A stretch of 64,000 bases of DNA from Dehalococcoidia bacterium. Its GTDB lineage: Bacteria > Chloroflexota > Dehalococcoidia > Lucifugimonadales > UBA3495. Both the position numbers and the translations under genes were made by a program. The stretch is from positions 2,243,986-2,307,985 of the forward strand of contig OZ242027.1 in the NCBI GenBank assembly GCA_965204865.1. Direction: 5' to 3'. The notes beneath the pieces are model-generated. The model worked only from the letters and a program-made list of their open reading frames with translations. It made no database searches and was not told where the DNA came from. Shown here in pieces: positions 55,031-63,645 of the stretch (the first letter of the stretch is position 1; every line of letters starts with the position of its first letter).

Positions 55031-57079
55031 CTAGCCACCGTTGTTGACCAGCTTGCGGGCTTCTTCAGCCACGCGAGCGGCGGTGAAGCCGAACTGCTCC
55101 AGCACTACACCGCCGGGAGCCGACGCACCGAAGGTGGACATACCGATGGATGCGCCGTCCAGGCCGACGTAGCGGGCCCAGCCGTTGGTTGCGCCAGCCT
55201 CCACCGACAGCCGCGCCCGCTGGCCTGGCGGGAGTACGGCGTCGCGGTATTCCTGTGGTTGCTCGTCGAACAGTTCCCAGGACGGCATCGATACCAAGCG
55301 AGCGGTAATTCCCTCTTCCTTCAGAGCTTGGGCGGCTTCAAGAGCGATGTGGACCTCGGAGCCGGTGGCAATGATTATGACCTGCGGTCCTTCGCCACCG
55401 GGGATGGGTGTGTCTTCCCATAAAATGTAGCCGCCTTTGGCAGCGCCCTCGGCAGGAGGCAGGCAATTTGCGCTTGCCGAACCGGTGGATGGGTCCAAGA
55501 CTGGAAGGTTCTGGCGGCTGAGGGCAAGGGCGGTGGGGCCGCCGCGCCGTTCCAGGGCAGCCTGCCAGGCGGCGGCGGTTTCCGTGGCGTCGGCAGGGCG
55601 AATGACCGCCAAATTTGGCATGGCGCGAAGAGACATCAGATGCTCGACGGGCTGGTGGGTCGGACCATCTTCACCCAGGCCGATGGAATCATGGGTAAAA
55701 ACGTATATCACCTGCTGCTCCATCAAGGCACTAAGGCGCAGGGCAGGACGCATGTAATCGGAGAATATCAGGAAGGTGGAAGCGTAGGGTATTGCGCCGC
55801 CGTGGACGGCGATGCCGTTGCACACAGAGCCCATGGCGTGTTCGCGTACGCCGAAGTGGAGGTTGCGTCCGTCGAAATTGCCGGGGCCAATATGCCCTTC
55901 GCTGTTCAGGATGGTCAGGGTAGAAGGCGCAAGATCGGCGGAACCGCCGATTAGGTTGGGAACGGCGCCAGCGATAGTGTTCATCACCCGGCCCGAAGCC
56001 TCCCTAGTGGAGACGGCCTTGCCGTCGTCGAAGAGGCCCGACATTCCACCGTACCATCCGGGGGATAGCTGTCCGGTGAGGGCGGCGGATAGCTGAGCGG
56101 CCTCGTCGGGGAAGCTGTCCCGATAGCGGGCGAAGGCTACCTGCCAATCCTCCTGCTGCTGACGCCCTCTATCCTTGGCCCGGCTCAGATGCTCGCTGAC
56201 CTCACCCGGGATGGTGAAGCTGTCGGAATAGGGCCATTCCAACTGCTGCCTGGTAAGCACTATTTCATCATCGCCCAGCGGCGCGCCGTGGACTCCGCCG
56301 GTGCCGGCCTTGTTGGGGCTGCCGTACCCGATAACCGTCTGGCAGACGATGAGGGTGGGCTTAGCGGATTCGGCCTTGGCTTCGGCGATGGCAGCGGTCA
56401 CTGCGTCGAGGTCGCGGCCGTCCATGGCACCCAGCACCTGCCAGCCGTAGGACTCGAAACGGCGGGGGACATCCTCCAAGAAGGCGATGTCCGTGTCGCC
56501 TTCAATGGAAATCTGGTTGTCGTCGTAAATCACGATGAGTTTGCCCAACCCCAGAGTACCCGCGAGGGATGCCGCTTCGGAGGCAACGCCCTCCTGAAGG
56601 TCGCCGTCGGAGGCCAGGGCGTAGGTGTAGTGGTCAATGATTTCGTGGCTGGGGCGGTTGAAGCGAGTTGCCAGCCATCGCTCGGCGAGGGCCATGCCGA
56701 CGGCGTTGGCCAACCCCTGCCCCAGCGGGCCGGTGGTCACTTCGACGCCGGGCGTGAGGCCGTATTCGGGATGCCCAGGCGTGCGGCTGCCCCACTGCCG
56801 GAACTTCTGCAATTCTTCCATGGGTAGGTCGTAGCCAGTCAGGTGGAGCATGGAGTAGAGCAATGCGGACGCGTGTCCGGCGGAAAGGACGAAGCGGTCG
56901 CGGTCAGGCCAATGCGGGTCGGCGGGGTTGTGCTTCAGGAAGCGGTCCCAAAGCACGTAGGCCATGGGGGCGGCGCCCATCGGCGCGCCGGGATGCCCAG
57001 ACCGCGCCTTCTGGACCGTGTCAACGGACAGTAACCGGATAGTGTTTATGCAAAGCTGGTCAAGAGCCGAAACGGTCAA
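55031..57079 (-). CDS. tkt: transketolase
   Basis: [26 protein letters not shown] motifs; TTG start 57079 with AGAGGA SD. Confidence 0.92.
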   Translation of the reverse strand: MTVSALDQLCINTIRLLSVDTVQKARSGHPGAPMGAAPMAYVLWDRFLKHNPADPHWPDRDRFVLSAGHASALLYSMLHLTGYDLPMEELQKFRQWGSRTPGHPEYGLTPGVEVTTGPLGQGLANAVGMALAERWLATRFNRPSHEIIDHYTYALASDGDLQEGVASEAASLAGTLGLGKLIVIYDDNQISIEGDTDIAFLEDVPRRFESYGWQVLGAMDGRDLDAVTAAIAEAKAESAKPTLIVCQTVIGYGSPNKAGTGGVHGAPLGDDEIVLTRQQLEWPYSDSFTIPGEVSEHLSRAKDRGRQQQEDWQVAFARYRDSFPDEAAQLSAALTGQLSPGWYGGMSGLFDDGKAVSTREASGRVMNTIAGAVPNLIGGSADLAPSTLTILNSEGHIGPGNFDGRNLHFGVREHAMGSVCNGIAVHGGAIPYASTFLIFSDYMRPALRLSALMEQQVIYVFTHDSIGLGEDGPTHQPVEHLMSLRAMPNLAVIRPADATETAAAWQAALERRGGPTALALSRQNLPVLDPSTGSASANCLPPAEGAAKGGYILWEDTPIPGGEGPQVIIIATGSEVHIALEAAQALKEEGITARLVSMPSWELFDEQPQEYRDAVLPPGQRARLSVEAGATNGWARYVGLDGASIGMSTFGASAPGGVVLEQFGFTAARVAEEARKLVNNGG

Positions 57080-57140
57080 GGCAATCCTCTAAGCTATGTG
57101 TAGCGGCCCCGTCCTTCGATAGGAGTTACGCAGTTGGAGA

Positions 57141-57176
57141 ATTCACCCTCACCTTTCCCTTCAAGGGGCAGGGGAT
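57141..57176 (+). repeat. REP-A copy (diverged)
   Basis: attCACCCTCACCTTTCCCTtcaaGGGGCAGGGgat; spacer htrA/tkt. Confidence 0.65.
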
Positions 57177-57368
57177 AGCCCAACTGCGTCGCCCGGTTCC
57201 GCCCAAAGACGATTCAACAGCGCCTCGCCAGGCGCGTGGCCCGCATTGTGCGCCAGCCTTTGGATATGGTATCCAAAGGCGCCGAATCTGTCTATTGCGT
57301 AGACGCGAAAAATCCCCTCTCCTGAGATATTCCAAGAGAGAGGATTCCAGTGGCGAAGATTACCAAGT

Positions 57369-58448
57369 CTAGAAAGCAGGCATATCGCTCAAGGTCGCCT
57401 CGGTTTCCATCTCCACCCCGTCACGATAAAGGCGGACGGAAATCCGCTGGCCTGGGGAATGGTCCAGCAGGAACTTGGAAAGGTCGCCAGTATTACGGAT
57501 GGGCTGTCCATCCATAGCTACAATCACGTCACCGCCTCGCAGCCCGGCGGATTGGGCGTCCGAACCCTCCGCCACCCGGGCAACGATAATACCTTCATGC
57601 ACCGGAACACCTATCTGGCTGGCGATGACCGGGGTGAGATTCAGAGACGCGATGCCCAGATAACCACGCTCAACAAACCCCCTCTCAATGAGTTGACGCG
57701 AGACCACCAAGGCGTCGTCTATGTTGATGGCGAAATTGATGCCTTGTCCCCCGCTGAAGCTGGCGGTGTTCACGCCGACCACTTCGCCATGATCGTTGAC
57801 CAAGGGGCCGCCGCTGTTGCCAGGGTTGATAGAGGCATCGGTCTGAATCAAGTCAACGAAGGTATCCTGCAATCCAGCCTCAACGGAGCGGCCCAAGGCG
57901 CTGATAACGCCCTTGCTGACCGTCGGCCCGCCCGGTAAGGCCAAGGCGTGGCCGATGGCAATGACATCCTGCCCCACCTGCAAGCTCTCGACGCTGCCGG
58001 GCCGGGCGGGTTCCAGTCCCATGGCGTCAATTTTGACCACGGCAACGTCGGGGTTGGGGTCTCCACCCACCAGCCGCGCCGGGTAGCTCTCGCCATTGTG
58101 CAAGGTGACGACGATGGACTCGGCCCCGTCTATGAGATGATTGTTGGTCAGGACGTAGCCATCGGATTGCAGGATAATGCCTGTCCCGACGCCGATGCCG
58201 GGCGAAGACGGGTTCGTTTCCCCGGTCTTGGGCGGAATAGTAAGCACGTGAACCACCGAAGGAGTCAACTGGCGCACCACGTCAACGGTGGAAAGCTCCC
58301 CGCCGGACACGTTTCCCGTAACGTCCGCCGCAGACTCGGAACCGGAGCCACAGGCCGCCGACAGCAGCAGGGCAAGGGCCAGCAGCACCGAGGGCAAGGC
58401 CGCGGCGCACTGTTTTACACCGTTGCTGATTCCAAACATCCTGATCAT
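57369..58448 (-). CDS. htrA: HtrA/DegP-family S1C serine protease with PDZ domain
   Basis: N-terminal hydrophobic anchor; TNNHL (His), GNSGGPLVN (Ser); C-terminal PDZ-like region. Confidence 0.9.
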   Translation of the reverse strand: MIRMFGISNGVKQCAAALPSVLLALALLLSAACGSGSESAADVTGNVSGGELSTVDVVRQLTPSVVHVLTIPPKTGETNPSSPGIGVGTGIILQSDGYVLTNNHLIDGAESIVVTLHNGESYPARLVGGDPNPDVAVVKIDAMGLEPARPGSVESLQVGQDVIAIGHALALPGGPTVSKGVISALGRSVEAGLQDTFVDLIQTDASINPGNSGGPLVNDHGEVVGVNTASFSGGQGINFAINIDDALVVSRQLIERGFVERGYLGIASLNLTPVIASQIGVPVHEGIIVARVAEGSDAQSAGLRGGDVIVAMDGQPIRNTGDLSKFLLDHSPGQRISVRLYRDGVEMETEATLSDMPAF

Positions 58449-58603
58449 GACCTGGTCAAGCCGGTTCTCTTTGGTAGTTGAGTAGGTTGTCTGTCGTTAC
58501 CCCAACTCCTATTTTAAAGCCCAACAGCCCGATAACGCCATTCCCGTACACGTCTTTTGGACTCCCGCTTTGGCGGAGGAGTGGCAGAAAGTGTCAACAG
58601 AAC

Positions 58604-59650
58604 TTAATCTCCGTTACGGGTCAGGGCTGGGAAGATGTGGTCGCGGAAGGCGGCCAGCTCGCCGGTGGCGAATTCGTATGTTGCGCCGGTCATCAGGTAG
58701 AGGTGGGTGAGACCCTCCTTTTCAGCTTGGCGGATGCGGTTGGCGCAGTGCTCGGGAGTGCCGATGAGACCCATGTAGTCGCATATTGCGGCCAGGGCGT
58801 CGTCGGGAAGGAAGGAACACAGGTCTTGCGCCTTCTCCCAATCCTCTGCATGAGGAACGTCGGGATAGAGGTCCCAGAGGCCAGCGGGCAGTTCGAGGTC
58901 GCCCACGTCTATTCCGGCAGCCTTGAGCCAGCGCTGGTAGGTGTCTTCCATCAGGCGCGAGACGGCCAGGGGGCGGGCAAGCTCGCGGGCCTCCTTGAGG
59001 TCGTTCTTGATGATTGTGGTGGCCGTGAATATGGTCTCCACGTCGTCGGGGTTGCGTCCCGCGGCGCGGGCGCCGTCGGCGATGATTTCGCGGGCCTCAG
59101 CAACGGCTCCGGGGTGGATGCCGGTCATCAGCAGCGCGCCGTCGGCCACCTCGCCAGCGACCTTCATGACGCGGGGGCCAGTGGCGGCGATGTAGACGGG
59201 AGGGGCCGGAGACTCGCCGCCGTGGCGCATACGACTGTTGGCGTCGTTGCCAAAAGACACCATCTCCCCGGACATCAGCTCCTTCATGGTGACCACGGCG
59301 TGGCGCATCTGCCGCACGGTGGCGGGCGGGATGCCGATGGTGGCGGTGGAGCTGTAGCCGCGGCCTATCCAGACCTGCACCCGGTCGGGAGCCAGTTCCG
59401 CCACGGTCTGGGCCGCGGAGGCCACCACCGACGGGTGGCGCGTGGCTGGGTTGGTCACTGCCGAGGCGACGTTGATTCGCTGGGTGGCCTGTACCGCCGC
59501 GGCCATGCTGACGAAGCAGTCGCGCTCCAGCAATTGCGAGTCTAGGATGCCGACGCCGTCGAATCCGGCGTCTTCGCATTGCTTCACGAAGTCGGCCACC
59601 ACCGGCGCGGGCTTGCAGGGCGGCACTCGCAGGTCAATCTTGATGGACAT
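58604..59650 (-). CDS. LLM-class (F420-dependent-type) oxidoreductase
   Basis: ATG 59650 with AAGGAG SD; ..AGFDGVGILDSQ.., ..VYIAATGPRVMKVAGEVADG.. pattern. Confidence 0.8.
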   Translation of the reverse strand: MSIKIDLRVPPCKPAPVVADFVKQCEDAGFDGVGILDSQLLERDCFVSMAAAVQATQRINVASAVTNPATRHPSVVASAAQTVAELAPDRVQVWIGRGYSSTATIGIPPATVRQMRHAVVTMKELMSGEMVSFGNDANSRMRHGGESPAPPVYIAATGPRVMKVAGEVADGALLMTGIHPGAVAEAREIIADGARAAGRNPDDVETIFTATTIIKNDLKEARELARPLAVSRLMEDTYQRWLKAAGIDVGDLELPAGLWDLYPDVPHAEDWEKAQDLCSFLPDDALAAICDYMGLIGTPEHCANRIRQAEKEGLTHLYLMTGATYEFATGELAAFRDHIFPALTRNGD

Positions 59651-59684
59651 TGTTCGCTCCTTAGCATCTATTGAGGGGAAGGCT

Positions 59685-59723
59685 TTCACCCTCACCCTAA
59701 CCCTCTCTCAAGGGAGAGGGGAC
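59685..59723 (+). repeat. REP-A copy
   Basis: tttCACCCTCACCCTAACCCTCTCTCaaGGGAGAGGGgac. Confidence 0.85.
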
Positions 59724-59734
59724 AAGTGGGTTCG

Positions 59735-60907
59735 CTATCGAGTCAGTTCTTCGCGGAGCCGCCGGATAACCACCTCGGTTTCCTCTTCGGTAAGGTTGAG
59801 GGGGTCTACGGCCAGTTCCTGGGGGCCGCCCAACTGGTGCAGGTGTATCTGCGGGCTGCCCTGCTCCATGGCGGCGGCGATGCTCTCGCGGGAGGGGCCG
59901 CGCCATTCTTCGGTGAAGCGGATTACGGCGTGGGGTATCAGGTAGTTGATGCCATCGTGTTCCAGGGTCACGCGCAGTCCCGGCAGTTCCACCAGAGCGT
60001 CCACCGCTTTCTGCGCCATTGAGCGGTAGGCGGCCATTTCATCCGCTTCGTCCTCTTCTACAAATGCTGCCAGCGATGCCACCAGCCCGATGATTTCTTC
60101 CTTCGCGACTTTCATGCCCCGTCCGAGGAACTGGGCGGGGTTAGCCTGGGCGGCGGCGGCTTCGATGAGGTCGGCGCGACCTACGAGGATGCCGCTACCT
60201 TGAGGCCCGCGGACACCCTTACCGCCGCTGTACACCACCATGTCGGCCCCGGCCTGGAGATAGCGGTAGAGGTTGGCGCGGGGCGGCAGCATGGAGGCGG
60301 CGTCCACGATGACCGGCACGTCGTGGGCATGGGCTATCTCGCAGACACGCTCCAGCGGCAGCACCTTGTTGCTGGAGAAGGGGGCGCAGAGGTAGGCGAC
60401 GGCGGCAGTACGCTCGTTGATGGCTCCCTCAAGCTGCCAGGGGTGGGCGAAGAGGTAATCGCCGAACTCCACCATCCTGGCGCCTGCGGCGCGGTAGGCC
60501 TGATCGTAGGGGAAACGGTGCATGGTGTGGATGACGATTTCATTCTTCAATCCGTCGGTGTTGGGGAGCTGGCGCATCTTGACCGGGTCGTTGCCGGCGA
60601 TGACAGCCGCCGCCTGTAGCACCAAGCCGCCGGCCGCTCCGCTGCACACGAAGCCGGCCTCGGCTCCGGTGAGGCGGGCGAGTTCCTTTCCTGCCGCCCG
60701 GTTCAGCTCGTCTATGTTTACCATAACCCGGGCGGCGCGAGACATCAGTTCCAGGGCTTCGGGGCGTGTCCGGGTTCCGCCCAAGCGGGTTATGGAACCG
60801 GCGGCGTTTATTATGGGGGCAACCCCCATTCGCTGATAGAGGGCATCAGCATCCCAGGCGTTGGTGCTGTCGGCCACGGCTCCCTCCTGCGTCCCGTTTC
60901 CTGTCAT
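59735..60907 (-). CDS. SelA-fold (DgaE-like) PLP-dependent enzyme; not a canonical selenocysteine synthase
   Basis: ..PIINAAGSITRLGG.., ..VYSGGKGVRGPQGSGIL.. (PLP-Lys context); lacks SelA N-terminal domain; start ATG 60907 chosen (GGGAG SD), 61021 alternative. Confidence 0.7.
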   Translation of the reverse strand: MTGNGTQEGAVADSTNAWDADALYQRMGVAPIINAAGSITRLGGTRTRPEALELMSRAARVMVNIDELNRAAGKELARLTGAEAGFVCSGAAGGLVLQAAAVIAGNDPVKMRQLPNTDGLKNEIVIHTMHRFPYDQAYRAAGARMVEFGDYLFAHPWQLEGAINERTAAVAYLCAPFSSNKVLPLERVCEIAHAHDVPVIVDAASMLPPRANLYRYLQAGADMVVYSGGKGVRGPQGSGILVGRADLIEAAAAQANPAQFLGRGMKVAKEEIIGLVASLAAFVEEDEADEMAAYRSMAQKAVDALVELPGLRVTLEHDGINYLIPHAVIRFTEEWRGPSRESIAAAMEQGSPQIHLHQLGGPQELAVDPLNLTEEETEVVIRRLREELTR

Positions 60908-61035
60908 TGGCTCCCGGCACCCTTCCAGGCGGCGATTGCCCGACATTATATCAACAACATCCATACTGCGGACGTGTGGTAACATTTCAGCAGATTTTTC
61001 CTTGCATAGCGAGGGAGCCAAGGTGAGGGCGCACT

Positions 61036-61803
61036 ATGTCAGTCGCCAACGATACTCTTGAAAGGCTGTCCACGAAGGCGAAAATCGGGCTGGTGGTGGT
61101 GAGCGCCTCGACGGTATCAGAGCTTCGCTACCCGAAAGTCGTGCCGGATGTCGGGTTCTTCGCCAGCAGGATGATGCTGGCCGGCGACGGGCTGGAGGCT
61201 TTGCTGGAGATGGAGCACAACTCGTCGCGGGCGGTGCAGGAGCTGGCCTCGGCGGGGATGGACTCCATCGCCTACTGCTGCACGGTCAGCGGAGCGCAGC
61301 GCGGCCTGGCGAAGGACCGGGAGTTCTGCGCCAACATGGAGCGGCAATGGGGGGCGCCCACAACCTCGACGATGCTGGCGGCAGCCGAGGCGTTGCAGCA
61401 CCTGGGCATCGGCCGGGTTGTGCTGACCAGCCCCTACCCGCACAGCTACCACGAGGCAGAGAGCCGATACTTGGCTGAGGCCGGGATCGAGACCGTAGCG
61501 GCTTCGGGAATGGGGTTTGTAACCGCCGCAGAGTTCGCCGCAGTTTCGCCGGAGGAGATATACCGCTTTGCGCTGGAAGCGTGGCAACAGAACGGCGGAG
61601 AGGCCGATGGACTGTTCATAAGCTGCATGAACTTCGACGCCATGGCCGCGGCCCAGGCATTGGAGAACGCCATCGGCAAGCCGGTGGTGACCTCGCACTC
61701 GGCCACGCTGTGGCGGGCGCTGGCGCTGGCCGGGGTTGCCGAGCCGGTACACGGTTACGGGCGGCTGCTGGCGGAACGCCGGGAAGGGACGCCCTCACCC
61801 TAA
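61036..61803 (+). CDS. Asp/Glu-racemase-superfamily protein (maleate isomerase / arylmalonate decarboxylase-like)
   Basis: Two Cys contexts AYCCTVSG and FISCMNF; stop TAA 61801-03 lies in REP-A. Confidence 0.75.
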   Translation: MSVANDTLERLSTKAKIGLVVVSASTVSELRYPKVVPDVGFFASRMMLAGDGLEALLEMEHNSSRAVQELASAGMDSIAYCCTVSGAQRGLAKDREFCANMERQWGAPTTSTMLAAAEALQHLGIGRVVLTSPYPHSYHEAESRYLAEAGIETVAASGMGFVTAAEFAAVSPEEIYRFALEAWQQNGGEADGLFISCMNFDAMAAAQALENAIGKPVVTSHSATLWRALALAGVAEPVHGYGRLLAERREGTPSP

Positions 61804-61828
61804 CCCTCTCCCAAGGGGAGAGGGAATT
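61788..61828 (+). repeat. REP-A copy (consensus)
   Basis: GACGCCCTCACCCTAACCCTCTCCCaagGGGAGAGGGaatt immediately followed by ATG 61829. Confidence 0.9.
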
Positions 61829-62485
61829 ATGACAATCAAGGAGGAAACAACAAGAATGACTACTGCCGACCGCCTGAACGCCATGCCGCTAGGTGAGGCG
61901 ATGTTCACCCAGCGGGCAATCCGCCGGTTCAAGAAGGACCAGATACCGGACGATGTGCTGGAAGACATCATGCAGGCGACCATCCGGGCGCCCAACGGCG
62001 GCAACAACCAGCAGTGGCGCTTCATCCTGGTGAAGGACGCTGAAATGCGGAGCAAGCTGGCCGAGCTATATCACGAAGCCTGGTGGGCCAAGCGGGCCGA
62101 TGCGGGCATCATGGGGCCGGAGGACATTCCGCCCGGAAAGAGCTCAATGCGCTCGGCGATGCGGATGGCCAACGAAATAGGCGACGCGCCGGTGATGGTG
62201 CTGGTATGCGCGACGGCCAAGGGGGCGCAGGCCATGGGGTCGGTCATCCCCTCGGCGCAGAATATGCTGCTGGCGGCGCGGGCCTTCGGCGTGGGCGGCA
62301 CCATCGCCACGCTCCACCCGGTGGTGGAGGAGCGGGTGCATAAGATGTTCGGCATCCCGGACGACGCCCAGGTGGTGTACTGTATGCCGCTGGGCTATCC
62401 ACGGGGCGAGTTCGGCTCGGTGCGGCGGCTTCCGCTAACGGAGGTCTGCGGCGTGGACGGGTGGGGCAACAACTACCCCGGCTAG
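61829..62485 (+). CDS. nitroreductase-family protein
   Basis: ..FTQRAIRRFKKDQIP.., ..APNGGNNQQWRFILV..; ATG 61829 abuts REP-A (ATG 61856 alternative). Confidence 0.8.
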   Translation: MTIKEETTRMTTADRLNAMPLGEAMFTQRAIRRFKKDQIPDDVLEDIMQATIRAPNGGNNQQWRFILVKDAEMRSKLAELYHEAWWAKRADAGIMGPEDIPPGKSSMRSAMRMANEIGDAPVMVLVCATAKGAQAMGSVIPSAQNMLLAARAFGVGGTIATLHPVVEERVHKMFGIPDDAQVVYCMPLGYPRGEFGSVRRLPLTEVCGVDGWGNNYPG

Positions 62486-62500
62486 GCGTGGATGCTATAA

Positions 62501-62521
62501 GGGCGGGTTTGGAATCCGCCC
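62501..62521. terminator. GC hairpin between convergent genes
   Basis: GGGCGGGTT tgg AATCCGCCC (one G-T pair); weak U-tract. Confidence 0.35.
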
Positions 62522-62587
62522 CTAAGATGTGAAAGGACAGATGGTTTAGACATTCACTTACACATCGGCGAACCGGAGATTGCCAAC

Positions 62588-63025
62588 CTAGCTGAACAGA
62601 TCCCGAATCCGGTCGAGGAAGCCGCCGCGGCTTGCGCCGCGCTCCATGAAGCGGGCCCACTGCTGCTCAGCGGACTCGGAGCGGCGGAGGTCCCTGGCCC
62701 GTTGCTTCATCAGGTCCAGCACCCGTTCTTCCTCTCCCTTATCCAGCCAGTAGCCGTGGTTGTTGGGGCAGTGGTCTATGGGCAGGTTGTGGGCGCGGTA
62801 GTTGAAGACGTCCATAGCCGCTCCGCAGTGGGGGCAGGGGCGTTCGCCGGAGCGCCGGGCGTATTCCCGCATTCCCTTAAGGATTTCGTCGCGGTTGGCG
62901 GTGTCTTCCAGGAGGTCCAGCTCGTCGAAGTCGAGCCACAGGCCGCGGCACTGCGGGCAGTGGTCGACTTCCAGCCCGCGGTATTTGCGCTCGTCTAACG
63001 CTACGTTGCAGTCAGGACAGTTCAT
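62588..63025 (-). CDS. zinc-ribbon (zf-TFIIB-type) domain protein, two CxxC...CxxC units
   Basis: MNCPDCNVAL..HCPQCRGLWLD and PCPHCGAAM..HCPNNHGYWLD. Confidence 0.8.
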   Translation of the reverse strand: MNCPDCNVALDERKYRGLEVDHCPQCRGLWLDFDELDLLEDTANRDEILKGMREYARRSGERPCPHCGAAMDVFNYRAHNLPIDHCPNNHGYWLDKGEEERVLDLMKQRARDLRRSESAEQQWARFMERGASRGGFLDRIRDLFS

Positions 63026-63054
63026 TGTCGACGCTCCGGTGAATTCAGTGTGGG

Positions 63055-63080
63055 GACGTCCTCACCCTAACCCTCCCCCA
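63055..63080 (+). repeat. REP-A half copy (right arm missing)
   Basis: GACGTCCTCACCCTAACCCTCCCCCa then unrelated AT-rich sequence. Confidence 0.7.
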
Positions 63081-63465
63081 GGCTTTGCCTTTTTATTGCC
63101 GATTAAATATGCAACTACCCCAATAAATATGCAAGTCGCCTAGGCTGGCCGGATCCGGCCCGGACTGGGCGGCGACGCAACAAAATGGGGCCGGGAGCGT
63201 AGGCGTTCTGTGAACTTCCTGTTCAGGGAAACGGAACGGTGAAGGCGATGTGAGGTGAGGCCCTCCCCACAAGGAGGAGGGATAGGTGTTAAACGATTCC
63301 GATGGCCTGACAATCGAGCAGGCATACCTGGCTGAACATGGAGCGCGGCCGACGGCGGCAGGCCCCGTCAGAGCCCGGCCGGTCTCCCAGCAGCATCCTC
63401 CCCGTGAGCTCGCCGACGGCCCCGGCGCGGTGACCGCCGCGCCGGGGCCACTGTGCCAGACCCGG

Positions 63466-63645
63466 CTAGCCCTGGGCCACCCGGTACCGGTTGCCGTTTG
63501 CCCAGGCCCAATCCTCCTCCCACAGCCACTGGTCAACCTGCGCGTTCACGCGCTCGATTACCCAGTGCCATGCACGCCCGACCAGTACACTGGCCTTGGC
63601 GACTTCAATTACGAAGCCGAAGGTAGAGACGACGTCATTTCCCAT
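63466..63645 (-). CDS. hypothetical small protein
   Basis: ATG 63645 with GGAGG 8 nt upstream; 59 aa, Trp-rich (..DQWLWEEDWAWANG..); no recognisable family. Confidence 0.3.
   Translation of the reverse strand: MGNDVVSTFGFVIEVAKASVLVGRAWHWVIERVNAQVDQWLWEEDWAWANGNRYRVAQG

Noticed and set aside
57126-57335. 69-aa minus-strand ORF in the htrA/tkt spacer
   Set aside because: It is largely a translation of a REP-A copy and of the palindrome region, with no Shine-Dalgarno sequence.
58478-59545. 355-aa plus-strand ORF antisense to the LLM oxidoreductase gene
   Set aside because: Shadow ORF opposite a CDS that has a clear Shine-Dalgarno sequence and family motifs.
59735-61021. SelA-like gene as the selenocysteine synthase supporting the candidate selenoprotein
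   Set aside because: It lacks the SelA N-terminal domain and resembles the DgaE-type small-molecule enzymes. No selB, selD or tRNA-Sec is visible in the window, so the Sec machinery remains unverified.
4602-63080. REP-A copies considered as a CRISPR array
   Set aside because: Copies are dispersed one per intergenic spacer, kilobases apart, in both orientations and separated by genes. There is no regular repeat-spacer periodicity and there are no cas genes.
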